From Azolla caroliniana (taxonomy: Eukaryota; Plantae; Polypodiophyta), in contig JBHGNT010000006.1 of assembly GCA_043228905.1 (NCBI GenBank), positions 15,376,001-15,440,000 on the forward strand: a stretch of 64,000 nt of DNA. The letters run 5' to 3'. The position numbers and the translations under genes are program-made. The notes under the pieces were generated by a model that ran no database searches, was not told the origin of the DNA, and saw only the letters and a list, made by a program, of their open reading frames with translations. This document shows, in pieces, positions 47,500-59,499 of this stretch. Position 1 is the first letter of the stretch, and each line of letters begins with the position of its first letter.

Positions 47500-49812
47500 A
47501 CTGTGTCGTGCCTTTCGGCTCCGGATCGTTGCGTGAGTCGGGTGGGAACCGCTGGGGTTTTGGACTAGGAAGAGGAGAGTTTTAAGGCTAATAAGAATAT
47601 AAATATGTTGTAAGAAAGAGTTATAGCAAACTCGTGAATCCCACAAGTGTATTGTATTAGATTAATCAATATGAATATAAGAATATAAACTTCGGTTGAA
47701 AGAGAATGATATAGAATTCTCGTGAATCCCACGAGTATAGTTTATTAATTGGTGTTTTTTAGAAACATATCTAGTTTCCAAATATTTTTCACACACCTAT
47801 TACATTGTGCTCCCCATCCTTATGTAGTGATGGGAGAGACTAAGCATAGCTACATGCTTTTTTTTTCTAATATGTTCATGCACACTAAATGTGCATGTGA
47901 TGCTTTTCTAATCCTTGCTTTTATTTGCTAAATATAGTGCTCATGCACGCTAGATGTGCATGAGTCACTTTTTAGTCGCTTGCGTTTTTCTATAAAATAT
48001 TCACGCACTCTAAAAATACATGATTTACCTTTTAATAAAGGTAGGCGCAAATAAAGCACTTATAGTTATTAAATCTATTTATAAAACACTAAAGATAAGG
48101 TAGTGTAATGGTAAAGTTGGGGTTTGGCTACGTGGAGGTACAAGGTTCGAATCCTGCCCTATGCACGTGATAAATATTTTGATATTCTTATTTTATTTAT
48201 TTATATGTAATTTAATCATTTATATTATTTTTACTTTTTCACGTAGTGTACGAAATACACTACGACAGCGCGTCGTTAGATAAACCAAAGGCTAAAGCAG
48301 AAGACCGATGATTTCGATCATCTGCATCAGGACTACAAGCAACTGGAAACGGAGCATCAGCAACGGATGGCTGAGCTCCGGCAAGAGGTTGATAAGGCCA
48401 CAACGGCACTCGCCGAAGAACGAGCGGAAAGTTCCAGGCTCTTGGAGGAAGCGGCGAATGCCCGGATGGAGCTCCACAAACAGAACCATGAAGACAAGGA
48501 AAGAGCGACAATGGTACTACAGAGGTTGCAAACAACCTATCAAACTCAATTGTCGCATTATAGGAAGCAGGAGGCGGACACGGTTCGGATCATCAAGCAG
48601 CTAAAGGAAGAGCGACAAGCCGCAGAAAATAAATCACAGATGGGAGCCGAACAGATCCAGTGCATCCTCCGGTCATGGCTCACTAAAACCAAAAGCTTGA
48701 TTGATGACAGCTCGGTGTGTTGGTGGGCAAAATGGGCGCAGAATACCGCGGAACTCCAATTGCTTAGGGCGGACGTTGAAAATCGGCGAAAGGAGGGCGA
48801 CGACTGCTATACGCTGACCTCGGAGGACTTCACCACCATCAGGGACGAGCTGGCGGAAGATTTCACAGCCCTGGCGGATGAACAATTGGTGCAGGTCCGG
48901 CAGCTCGTAGCTCAAATCCAGTTCAAAAGCTGGAGGCTCAAATCCAGTTTGAAAGCTATGAGTGGTCTCGGCTCCGGGAAGAAAAAGTGCGAAAGACGGC
49001 AATGGTCAACCTTAGTGATGACGAACCGTCGTCAGTGCAAAGACCGGAGGGGGAGCAGGCTGGGGTCAGTCAGCGACAAACAACTCCGACGGAGGAACCA
49101 ACGAGAGAAACACCGGTGTCGGAGCCACAAACGGAGCAGCAGCCACAGCCACAGCCACAAACGGAACAACAGCAGTAGCCACAACAGCAACAACAAATTC
49201 CCGATGAGCCATTGGAAATTTTGGAGCAAAGCATTCTGGACATTTTGGACGAAGCGTAAAAGGGCCGGATAATGGGTTCGACATACAAGGTACTGTCCCA
49301 CGGGCGTGCCATGTGTTACTGGCCGGCAAAGAAAGCTAAAGGAGGTCCAAACCAGAGTGTGAAAGGAATAGTTATTCGGGAACTGTTGGAATTAGTAGTC
49401 TTAATATATACATATTATTATGCGGTATGTCGATCCAGATCCAGAACGATTCCGTAAAGGTGCCGTTTGGCACCGTTTTGTATTTCGCACCGGAGACCTA
49501 TATAAAGGCTCGGTTACAATGTAATCAGTAGCGGATAATTAATAAAGCTTATGGTCTTAATCTTCAAGTGTTGATTACCATTCTGTGATCATTGTCATAT
49601 CTTACGCGTGTTAATTACGGATGGCTAAGTAATCGATTAAGGTCTAATTAAGCGTTGTGCCGTAAGTCATTCTACCGTACCACCCTTTGGTGACGTGTCT
49701 TAAGGGGACACCTTGTGTTAGGCTGTTGTCCGGCCCTAGCAATAACATTTACCGGGCGTTAGGGTTTGTCTGTAGAGGTTTCTTGTCAGTAGCAGAGGTT
49801 CTCAACCCTCTC

Positions 49813-49824
49813 GCTCTAATACCA
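49813..49824 (-). promoter_or_regulatory. tRNA-iMet PBS of copia E
   Basis: TGGTATTAGAGC, one mismatch to TGGTATCAGAGC, adjacent to the LTR. Confidence 0.85.
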
Positions 49825-50288
49825 TGTAAAAGATATTGTGCAGAAGCTAAGACAAAATCGGCTAGTCCAGTTAAAATCATAACACAGAACTGAGGTTTTA
49901 ATAGAAAGCTTGAGTACACAAGAGAGACACACAGAGAGCAGAACAACATAAACTGAATTTTAAAATAATAACACTCTGTACATACAAATATCCTACAAAA
50001 CACTTTTTATACAAGTCCTTAAAAGGACTGACAGAAGTATTGACATGTACTTCAATGCTCATACGAGCGACTTACACTAAATCCAAGGATTATGGCTACG
50101 TACTAAGCTCGAACTATAGGCTCCAACGGCCTCCAGTTATCACTATTCCAGAGTATGATCTAGTTCCCCGGTCTGGCTATAGGTTCCGGACACTGATTCA
50201 GATACCTATCCGATTCCCCCTTCCAGATACTGATCCGGCTTTGGCTTATTCAACCGATCTAGATCCGGTTGAGCTTTCCCGCTCAACA
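49825..50288 (-). repeat. 5' LTR of copia E
   Basis: Homologous to 1501-2465 without the solo-LTR insert; TG...CA ends. Confidence 0.85.
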
Positions 50289-50299
50289 CTATGCTCGTT

Positions 50300-51284
50300 T
50301 CGTTCTAACGTTGTCAGGCCTTTCCATCGAATTGCCCGTTCCATTGCAAGAGTCACTCTATTGCCGATATGACCTCCGGCATCGCGCGTTGCTCCTGTAG
50401 CATCCGCTCGAACATCGTCATCAAGTTTCTTGCCTCTTGTTGATTCTCCATCTCCTTACCACTCGGTTTCTCATCAGGTTCACCAAATGTGTCGTACCTT
50501 TCGACGTCGGATCGTTGCGTGAGTCGGGTAGGAACCGTTGAGGTTATGGACTAGGAGGATGAGGAATTTGAGGCAAATAAGAATCTAAGATTGAAAGACT
50601 TGATTCGTTACATGTTGTCGTAGTGTACTTCGTACATTACGTGAAATATTTACGAAGTACCCAATTAACTAAAAATAAAGAAATAGAAGAAATTACTAAA
50701 ATATGCATTACATGCACAAGCAAAGATTCAAATCCTATACCTCCATGTAAACAAACCCAAAGCTTACCATTGTACCAACTCATCACAAGTGATATAATTA
50801 TGGATTTAATATATAGAAAACCTTACCCTTATGTACGTGTCGCATGCATAAAACTTTAGTTAAAGAAAACACTTTATAAAAATACACATCTAGCGTGCAT
50901 GAACAATGTAATTAGAAGGAAAAGCATGATAAAAAAGTGATGTTAATGCTTTTCCTTCTAATTACAGTGCTCATGCACGTTAGATGTGTATTTTTATAAA
51001 GTGTTTTCTTTACCTAAAGTTTTAAGCACGCTACACATACATAAATAGCTTTTTCTAGAATTTATACTTAAGGGTAAGGTTTTCTATATATTAAATCCAT
51101 AATTATATTGCTTGTGATAAGTTGGTACAATGGTAAGGCTTGTGTTTGTTTACAAGGAGGTATAGGGTTTGAATCTTGCCTTGTACATGTAATGCATATT
51201 TTAGTAATTTCTTCTGTTTCTTTATTTTTATTTAATTGGGTACTCTGTACATATTTCACGTAATGTACGAAGTACACTACGACA
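50300..51284 (-). mobile_element. Truncated older copy of the gag-only family with a rearranged LTR
   Basis: 50320-50485 resembles 47330-47499 (gag start and degenerate Trp PBS). The LTR starts at 50490 and ends CACTACGACA at 51284. Confidence 0.75.
50616..51284. repeat. Long inverted repeat: arms 50616-50927 and 50946-51284, 18-nt spacer
   Basis: TGTCGTAGTGTACTTCGTACATTACGTG... is mirrored by ...CACGTAATGTACGAAGTACACTACGACA. Confidence 0.9.
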
Positions 51285-51629
51285 ACGTGTCGCAAATCGA
51301 GGTGACCAAGGGGAATAACAAAAGGAAATTTGTTTTAAGGATGGTGGCTACACCTTTCTCACAAAAAATGTGAGGACGGCCACCATATTCCTTTCCCCGA
51401 AAAGGACAACCTTCGATATACAATTATCACGTAGTAAATACTAATATGCACATAATATATATGTTTATTACATGTATGTGATAAAATACGTATACTACTG
51501 ATTACATATGCATATATTAAAGAATCATTAACATAACATAGTCTATTAATGATGTAATCAAGATACGTATTCAAGGCATATAGCCTCTACGCACATGAAA
51601 CATCCAAAATAAGGGTCAACGTAATATGC

Positions 51630-51830
51630 AGACGAGGTATTGATCTCTTACGCATACGGCATAAATCGTATATCAAATACATAGAAATTGAGGTATTGAC
51701 CTCATACGCATATGTTAATATATGTATGTGAATGTAATACGTAATTGAGGTATTGGCCTCATACGCATACGACACAAATCACATATAAACTATATGGCAA
51801 TTGAGGTATTGACCCCATACGCATATGTAA
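51630..51830. repeat. Degenerate tandem repeat, about 55-bp unit, four cores
   Basis: GAGGTATTGACCTCATACGCATA-like core at about 51634, 51690, 51747 and 51803. Confidence 0.7.
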
Positions 51831-52060
51831 ACGTTTTATACAACCAATTATTACCACTACAACATAATTGAATCAATAAGATTATTACATATATACTTAA
51901 CATTATTAGAATGGGAAAAGAAAGAATAGAAAAAATAAATAAGAAAGGAATACCGAAGTTCTTTTGTTAATGTCTTTCTGGATCAAGGTCAACCACACAT
52001 TGATCAATCACCATCCAACAACAACAAACCAATCAATCAAAAGAAACATTAGAAAATAAA

Positions 52061-52437
52061 CTCTGATACCAACTGTTAGAGCTAGATCCTAATGTAAGCA
52101 TGAGATAAGGAAATATATTATTAGAAAATAGAGAGGAGAGAGAGAAAGAAGAGTGTTGATTCACATGACCACCCTCGAGCAAAGGGATCGAGACAAACTC
52201 GAGCCTCAATCGGCATCCCATACCACCACCATGGCATCGAGTCGTACCTAGTACTAGCGCAGTCTCTTCAAGAGTTTAATCAGCATGAGGACAAAGTCTC
52301 GACGTAATCGATAATGTGTCAAATGAGGGTAGCTACGCTTCCTATTTATAGCCAGACCTAACGTCCCAGGCAAGTCCATGCTTGGCCTTAATGGGTTGTC
52401 TCAATCCCAGGCAAGTCCATGCTTGGCCTTAATGGGT
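52061..52437 (-). mobile_element. Partial 5' LTR and iMet PBS of another truncated LTR element
   Basis: CTCTGATACCA at 52061-52071, LTR edge TGTTAG at 52074, minus-strand CTATAAATAGG, and a 40-bp tandem duplication at 52364-52438. Confidence 0.65.
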
Positions 52438-55190
52438 TCTCTGACTTCGTGTCAAGCTTTTGTCGCTTCTCGTTGGGGATGTGCACATACGCAATGCAGC
52501 CGAATATCCGAACATGTGATAGATCGGGCTTCTTTCCGAAAAACTTCTCGTGCGGGGTAACCTCCTGCACATTGAATGTTGTACACCGGTTCATTAGGTA
52601 GAGGGTTGTGTTGGCGGCTTCTGCCTAGTACGACTTCGACATGTGCTTCTCGTTAAGCATGCTCCGTGCTACTACGAGTATGTGCCGATTCTTTCATTTG
52701 GCTATTTCATTTTGTTGGGTCGTACGTCGACACGAAAACTCGGTTAACAGAGCCGTCAGCATTATACTTCACCTTATAAATCCATCTGCAATCGATTGCC
52801 TTCTTGTGTTGTGAGTGGAGAACGAGATCCCATGTCTCGTTCTTGCATAGTACCCACATCTCCTCGTTCATTGCTTCGACCCATCATGGATTCGTGGCTG
52901 CTCCAAAAAACTTTCTAGTTCTCAAACTGTCACCACCTTCATCATAAAGGCATAGTCGTATGCCATATAATCGTTGTAACCGAATCGGCTAATAGGATTC
53001 TGCTCACGTATGGAGCGACGAGGTTTTTCGTTTGTCATGGCAATGGTTGTCTTTACGTGACATGCCCTCGTGATAGGTACATCGAAGCCACCGAAATCAC
53101 TGTCGAGGGAGTGAGTCCATTCATTGTCGTCAAATTGATCATCTTCATACTCCAGCATTTCACCTTGCCTTTGTCCATCTTCGAACTATGCCGAGATGTG
53201 CTTTAGTCGCTCGGGGGCTCTTGTGGCCCACTAAGCCTTGTCGTAATCGGACTTTCTTCAAACATGTGTTCGAGTCGATCTCCATCTTCTATCTCGTGTT
53301 CGGCGTATTCTGGGTCGACTAGAAATGGTTCGGGAGGAGTCGGCTCGGGTTTGTACCATGATGCCAATTCGTCGAAGACTACATCTCGACTCACACGAAC
53401 CTTCCGAGTCGAGGGGTTATAGTACTTGTACCCCTTTTCCTCCAATAAGTATCCTACGAGGATACATTTCTCCGACTTCGGGTCGAGCTTTTGTCGCTTC
53501 TCATCGGGGATGTGCACATATGCAATGGAGCCGAATAGCCGAACATGTGATAAATCTGGCTTCTTTCCGAAAAACTTCTCATGCGGGGTAACCTCATGCA
53601 CGCCGGATGTTGTATACCGGTTCATTAGGTAGAGGGTTGTGTTGGCAGCTTCTGCCCAATACGACTTTGGCATGTGCTTTTCGTTAAGCATGGCCCGTGC
53701 TACTTCGAGGATGTGCCGATTCTTTCGTTCGGCTATTTCATTCTGTTGTGGCGTACGTCGACATGAAAACTCGCGTCGAATTCTTTCTTTCCAAAGAAAA
53801 GCCGAAAATTCATCAGAGAAGTACTCTTTTCCTCCATCCGACCGAAGACTTCGTTTTTGAATTTTTGGAAGTGTTTGAACACTTCGCTCTTTTGCTGCAT
53901 GGGGTAGATCCAAGTGTGCCTGGAAAAGTCGTCGATGAAGGCCATGTAGTAACGGTGTCGTGAAAAATTTCGGCCAGAGGTGGAAACCGGGAAACATTGT
54001 CTACATCGGCGGGGTGCAGCGTGTGTACGCACCCATGTACAATTGGTATGAATATCGAGGGTGCCTTTATGGCGCCGAAGAGTAGTCGAGTCGGGACAGA
54101 CGATCCCATGAAAGTCGGGATTTGTCCCACATTGTAACGCGTCCCTCTCCTTGTTCTATAAAAGGGAGGGAACGCCCTTTGTAAAAGGGTTGCCCATTTT
54201 GGATTAGAGGGTATACTGGTAGGTTTAGGGTTAGGGTTCTTCTACTTCTTCTTCTCCCCCTTCGTGTTCGTTTAGGGTTGGCTGCAGCTTGTCTCCTGTG
54301 CAAGACCCCGCTCGGCGCGACGAGCCCGAGAGCTCCCCAACGGCGGCTTGACAGTAGACGATTGTTGTAAACTATCTTGGTCCGGTTCGAAGCCGGGAGT
54401 GTATTCTCTCTCTCTATATATATATACGTTTGCGTCTGTCTGTGTATATTGGCGTCTTGTTGGTGTCGGGTGCTCCACTCCTTCCCTGCGTTTCCTGTAC
54501 ATAGGGGCATGAGTCGGGTCGGGCTGTGTGTGCGTGTGTGTGCGTGTGTGTGCGTGAGTCGGTGTAAAGCACGCTCTCTCTCTCTCGCTCGCTCTCTCTC
54601 TCCCCCTTCGGTTGCTTCCGGTGTGTTTCTGAGATGCCCCAGAAGCCGTGAAGCACGACTTCCTACGCTCCGTCGCTCCCTAGTCCAAGACCCCCGTGGT
54701 CCCGCCTTTCTCCGTGCACGCGCGTAACAACGCGACAACGGCATCTGCCGAATGTAGTTGTCTGAGCCGAACCCCATACATCGGAATGAATTACGTCAAT
54801 TATGCCTTTGCTCACGTTCCTCTCCTTCGGAAACAGGTGCCAATGTTGCTTGCCAAATTGGCAGGTTGCACACATGCCTTCAATCTCTTTCTCTTTGAAG
54901 GTCGGGAGTCTGATGACGCTCTTCGTCTGCGAACGATGAGTTGACCCTCTTTCTCGATGAAGCAACCGCCTTCATTAAATCGAACTTGCATCCCTTGCTC
55001 AACAATTTGGCCAACGGAGACCAAATTCTTCATAATGGTAGGTACATGCAAGACATTCTTAATGTAAGTTTGGTTACCTTCTTTTCCGAATGGAACATTG
55101 CCGATGTGCCGAATCGAATGACTAGTGTCGTCTCCGGTTTTGACATAGTTGGGTCAGTTCGACTCTCGAAGTTACTTACTTCCGCGCACT
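52438..55190 (-). pseudogene. Fragmentary copia element related to E, with internal duplication
   Basis: Integrase LRSDGGKEY...AERKNR...WAEAANT and HVPTIMKNLVSVGQ. 52438-52740 duplicates about 53466-53770. Confidence 0.88.
53956..54737 (+). mobile_element. Solo LTR (782 bp) inserted in copia integrase
   Basis: Ends TGTCGTG...CGCGACA with 4-bp TSD ACGG. Removal restores TFGRCRYYMAF. CTATAAAAGGG on +, and internal TA/TG/CT microsatellites. Confidence 0.85.
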
Positions 55191-55273
55191 CATACCAACA
55201 CACACTTCTTAAGCTTTTTTGTCCCAAACTAGTTTACGGATCAGTTTGGTTCAGGTTTGAGAACCCCAAAACA

Positions 55274-55326
55274 GTTTAGGCTTAACTGGTTTGGCTTGGA
55301 TAAGGCCAAACCGGTTAAGCCTAAAC
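55274..55326. repeat. Hairpin with a 22-bp stem, possible DNA-transposon subterminal remnant
   Basis: GTTTAGGCTTAACTGGTTTGGC pairs with GCCAAACCGGTTAAGCCTAAAC. Confidence 0.6.
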
Positions 55327-56188
55327 CGAAAAGTTGTTCATTCCTAGTTTCAACAAAAAAATATGTTGACATATTTGCCACACGCTTCTCTATAGTCACT
55401 CATGCATTGTACCTGATTGTTTTACCCTCCATCTTGTTCCATTGGTTAGCTCTTGTAATTTGAGTTATGCTTTAATAAATCTTGTTTTTCTCATTTCTTC
55501 TTCCTATGATTGCTTTGACTAAAATCCAAACCTATGATAAAACTTAGCTTTCGAGCACTTTTTTCCCTTTATCCTGGCAATGCTCTCGTGAATAGAGTAT
55601 GGAATGTACCCCATCAATACTAAATGATGTGATGAAGATTATTTGACTATTGACTGTTTTACGATGAATATTAGACCACCAATTTGACTCGTCCTTACAT
55701 TAAAATACCATAATGAACATCAATAACAAATGATATTGCATTATAACAACCCATGACAACATCCTCAACATTCTGTCAGTAGAACTTAATCACAATTCAA
55801 TAGTAAACAAAGGCTTAAAGCCTTAATCTTGAAGCAAGTGTGAGACCCACCACCCCAAATAGTCCATAAGAGTTATATGCATTAATGGGCCTTGTTAAGA
55901 GTCTATCATTTGGGACAAAGAACCATGAAGACACTAGCACCAAGAATATATATTAACCTCATAAAGACACTAGAAAAATGGGGGATGGAGTAAATCTCAC
56001 TAAAAAGCTTGTAGTCAAATGGTTGTCCTAATGTGAAAAGAGTTAAACCTAATTGTACAAAGTTATAAAAGTCACTTTTTGGTGACTTATACCCGTTATC
56101 ATTCCTTCTTGGGTTTTCTCCTTTCATATAGTTGTAGTAAAGCTCTTAACTCTTTTCTCCCTATGTTCCACTTGAGTTAAAGGGTGAT

Positions 56189-56840
56189 CAAGGTTAAGAG
56201 CTATTTAGCCAAACCCTAATCACCCTACCTCTTTGATGTGAGTCGTGCACATCCTCATATTAGGAGTGGCATTTATATTATCATGTGACCTTCTTATGTG
56301 CATGTGTGTCTAAGCGTTAATATTCTAGTAAGCTAGAGTTAATGCGAGAGAGAACGAGAGTGAGTGTTAGTTAGACTAAGGTTTCAAAGCTAGAGCTCGA
56401 GGGTGATTGACAAACACTCTCACCCAGTTTGCTACTAATAGGGTACACTCTGATTTGGATCTTGTAGTTCAACGATGTCAACTTGGAAGTAGAACTTCGT
56501 CGATTCATAGACGCCAAGGTAAAGAGCTATTTAGCCAAACCCTAACCACCCTACCTCTTGGATGTGAGTCGTGCACATCCTCATATTAGGAGTGGCGTTT
56601 ATATTATCATGTGACCTTCTGATGTGCATGTGTGTCTAAGCATTAATATTCTAGTACGCTAGAGTTAATGCGAGAGAGAGCGAGAGTGAGTGTTAGACTA
56701 AGGTTGCAAAGCTAGAGTCAAGGGTGATTGACAAACACTCTCACCCAGTTTGCTACTAATAGGGTACACTCTAATTTGGATCTTGTAGTTCAACGATGTC
56801 AACTTGGAGGTAGAACTTCGTCGATTCATAGACGTCAAGG
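56189..56840. repeat. Tandem direct duplication, about 326-bp unit
   Basis: Units start CAAGGT(T/A)AAGAGCTATTTAGCCAAACCC at 56189 and 56515 and are highly similar. Confidence 0.9.
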
Positions 56841-58289
56841 AAACCAAACATCTATTTGGCATCGTTGTCAAGATAAAAATGATGCTTCAAGCCATTAGCG
56901 AGCTTTTCAGCAGAATGTCTGGGACAAACTAGAGTTGAGGCTTATTATTTTGCTTAGTTAGACTCTGATTGGTTCTTAATGTAAGAATTAGATTCATCAT
57001 ACATCAAATCTAGATTGACCCAAACAATCTATACCAAATGTTTTGAAGTGAGGATTTAGAGAACTTTTCCTCAATTTGACAAGAAATCAAAATACATTGG
57101 AAACAATTCATATGGCAAGAAAGCACGTAGTGGAGAAACTCATAAACTAGCAATTAAATGTAGTTCTAGAGATAAAAAGAAATTGAGAATGGATGTCTAC
57201 AGATTCCTAGAACAAAATTTGCAATTAATGAGTGAAAAAGTAAAGACTAAACGCAAGGAGATGATCAAGAATCTAATTGATCAAGTTGATCATGTTCTAA
57301 ATCTTGATTGAATCCACATAAACAATGTATGACCACTTGAAGTAATTACACCAACTCATTTATAGCAACACCAACATATCTAGTCATATTTAGATCTTGG
57401 TGAACATGGAGATGCATGACCGAAAACCAACTAACACTTTTGTTAGCAATTGACAATGACAAGTAGATACAACAATCACTAGGGACAACATTATTGAATA
57501 CTTATGGGTGCCTTAAGTATTCTTGTCGAAGAAAAGAATCTCAATTTACAAAATCTGATAGCAAAATATCGTAGAGAAACAAGATGAATTGTGAAGGAAG
57601 AAACTAAATGAAACATCGTAAAGAAACAAAACGAAAATATTGAAAAGCTCCCTCTTCAAGGAACAAGACTCCTCTAGGAGGCGTACGAGCAACCACAAAA
57701 TCTACAATCTTTGTAAGGTATTGCAACAAATGTAGTCATATCATATGTTAGTGTGAAAAGAAATAATATGATCAAAGAAGATTTCCTCCACAAGCACATA
57801 GTGCTTCATTGCAAGCCTATAATAAGAATCACGAAGAAGAAAACTTCAATCAAACTTTTGTGTGTGAAGTAGAACATCGATAAAGAAATCATGCAAGATG
57901 AAATGAAGAGATACCCATCTTATGTGGCTGCAACAAATATGATGAAATGAAGAGATACCATCTAACATTCATCATCTTTGATGCGGTGCACTACCTAACA
58001 CAACAAGAACCTCTTGCATAACTACAATTGGAACAGATAGTGAAAGAGAATATTTCTCTTAAGAACGAACCATGCATATTGATGTCTCATTTCATGTATG
58101 GAATGAGGCATCAATATATCATATCTTACAATCCACAACAAAATAGAAAGATTTAAGGGAAGAATAGAATGCTCTTTGATGCAAGATGAAACATTCTTGC
58201 TCAATCTATTTTCGCAAGAGGTGGTTGGCACGCTTGTTATTTGCAGAACAGGTTACCCAACAAAACGATAGGGCTCAACACTACACATT

Positions 58290-58480
58290 CAATGTGGTTC
58301 AGTCATAAACCACATCTTGGTCACCTTCATGTATTTGGATCTACTGCATATAGCCATATATTAGAAGTGAAAAAAGGAAAGGTAGAGCCTCATGATAGAA
58401 CATGAATCTTCATGAGCTATGGAGAATCATGGGGAGTCAGAGCCCACAAACTGTTTCACCCAAAGGTACAAAAAATCTTA
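58290..58480 (+). pseudogene. Decayed copia integrase C-terminal fragment
   Basis: Manual translation WFSHKPHLGHLHVFGSTAYSHI...IFMSYGE. Confidence 0.65.
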
Positions 58481-59499
58481 TTCGACATATCTGACAAGAA
58501 GAGACAGAAACTCAATGCCATCTATGGTTTAGAAATTTTTACTTTAAACGCTGTACATTGTCTTGATTTAGAACATTAGTGTTTGTCCATGTTATGTTAC
58601 CAACAAAAGAAAACCTTTCATGAAATGACTCACTTATGCCTACAAATAGGCATCTAGATGAGACAAAGTAATGTAAGGATGAGTTACATTGCTCTATCCT
58701 ACTCAAGTTTGCATATGTTTGTGAATTGGTGATAACATAAGAAAGAAGGGGTTGATTATTAGTTCTTTCAGCAAGACATAAATCTCTAGCATTTATCAAA
58801 TGAGGAGGCATCATGTCCTTATCCTTTGATCTTCATTATTAATTTGCTCTTGCAAATAGATTAGGCACTACTTATTTGTGGCAAAATGGCTGTCTGGAAA
58901 AGATTTTGAAAACCCTAGGCTACTTATAGGACGAATAAATTTTAAAGATTATACCCAATTTTACAATAAATTCAGGAATTACATGCAGTATTTGACAATT
59001 AGAAAATTGGACCCTTTTTTGCAATTCTAGACTTTCATACGATTTAACTAAGCCCAGCAATTTATAATTAGCAAATTGTAAGCAATTCTCTTCTTTCATA
59101 TTAATATTAACTACATATGCATGCATAAATGCTACTCCATACCAGCCTCCCTCACCAGTGGCACCAATATAACAATTTTCAATAACCTCAAAAGAATCCC
59201 AAGAGCAAACGAATACAAATGGGGAATATCTACCACCTTACGATGCCCACACAACAACCAGATGCAAGGATAGATTAAAAGTGAAGAACTAAAGAAACTC
59301 CTAAATACGGTGGTATCCGTACTCTTAGAACTATCCTAAATATTTCATAAACGAATGGGCGTAGGGTAGCATCAGCAGAGCAACTCTGGACACCAAGTTT
59401 ATACAACCTTTGAGGTGTGCACAAAGAAGAAGAAGAAGAAACAAATCTAGAGCAACATTACAAAATAACTCATACTTTATAGTAAATAATTGTTTGTAT

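Larger units (their letters stand above)
44768..48267 (-). mobile_element. Young non-autonomous gag-only LTR retrotransposon (TR-GAG-like), 3500 bp
   Basis: 764-bp LTRs 44768-45531 and 47504-48267 with 2 mismatches seen. TSD GCGC, PBS 47482-47499, PPT GGAGGGGGCGAG at 45532-45543. No pol. Confidence 0.93.
28725..49747 (+). mobile_element. Ty3/gypsy element C, sister family of A, internally deleted, host of B and the gag-only element
   Basis: LTRs 28725-29177 and 49314-49747, TSD TTTAC, PBS at 29185. Gag is split by B. The RT end joins the extra ORF at about 42795, so RNase H and integrase are missing. Confidence 0.92.
1501..50288 (-). mobile_element. Old Ty1/copia element E, host of the whole nest
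   Basis: Homologous LTRs at 1501-2465 and 49825-50288, iMet PBS at 49813-49824, PPT at 2466-2472. Order gag-PR-INT-RT-RH on the minus strand. Flanks CAATG/CTATG match 4 of 5. Confidence 0.8.

Noticed and set aside
54067-54777. 236-aa minus-strand ORF
   Set aside because: Lies mostly in a solo LTR and translates microsatellites.
58539-59126. Short ORFs downstream of PMT
   Set aside because: No recognisable motifs or exon structure.
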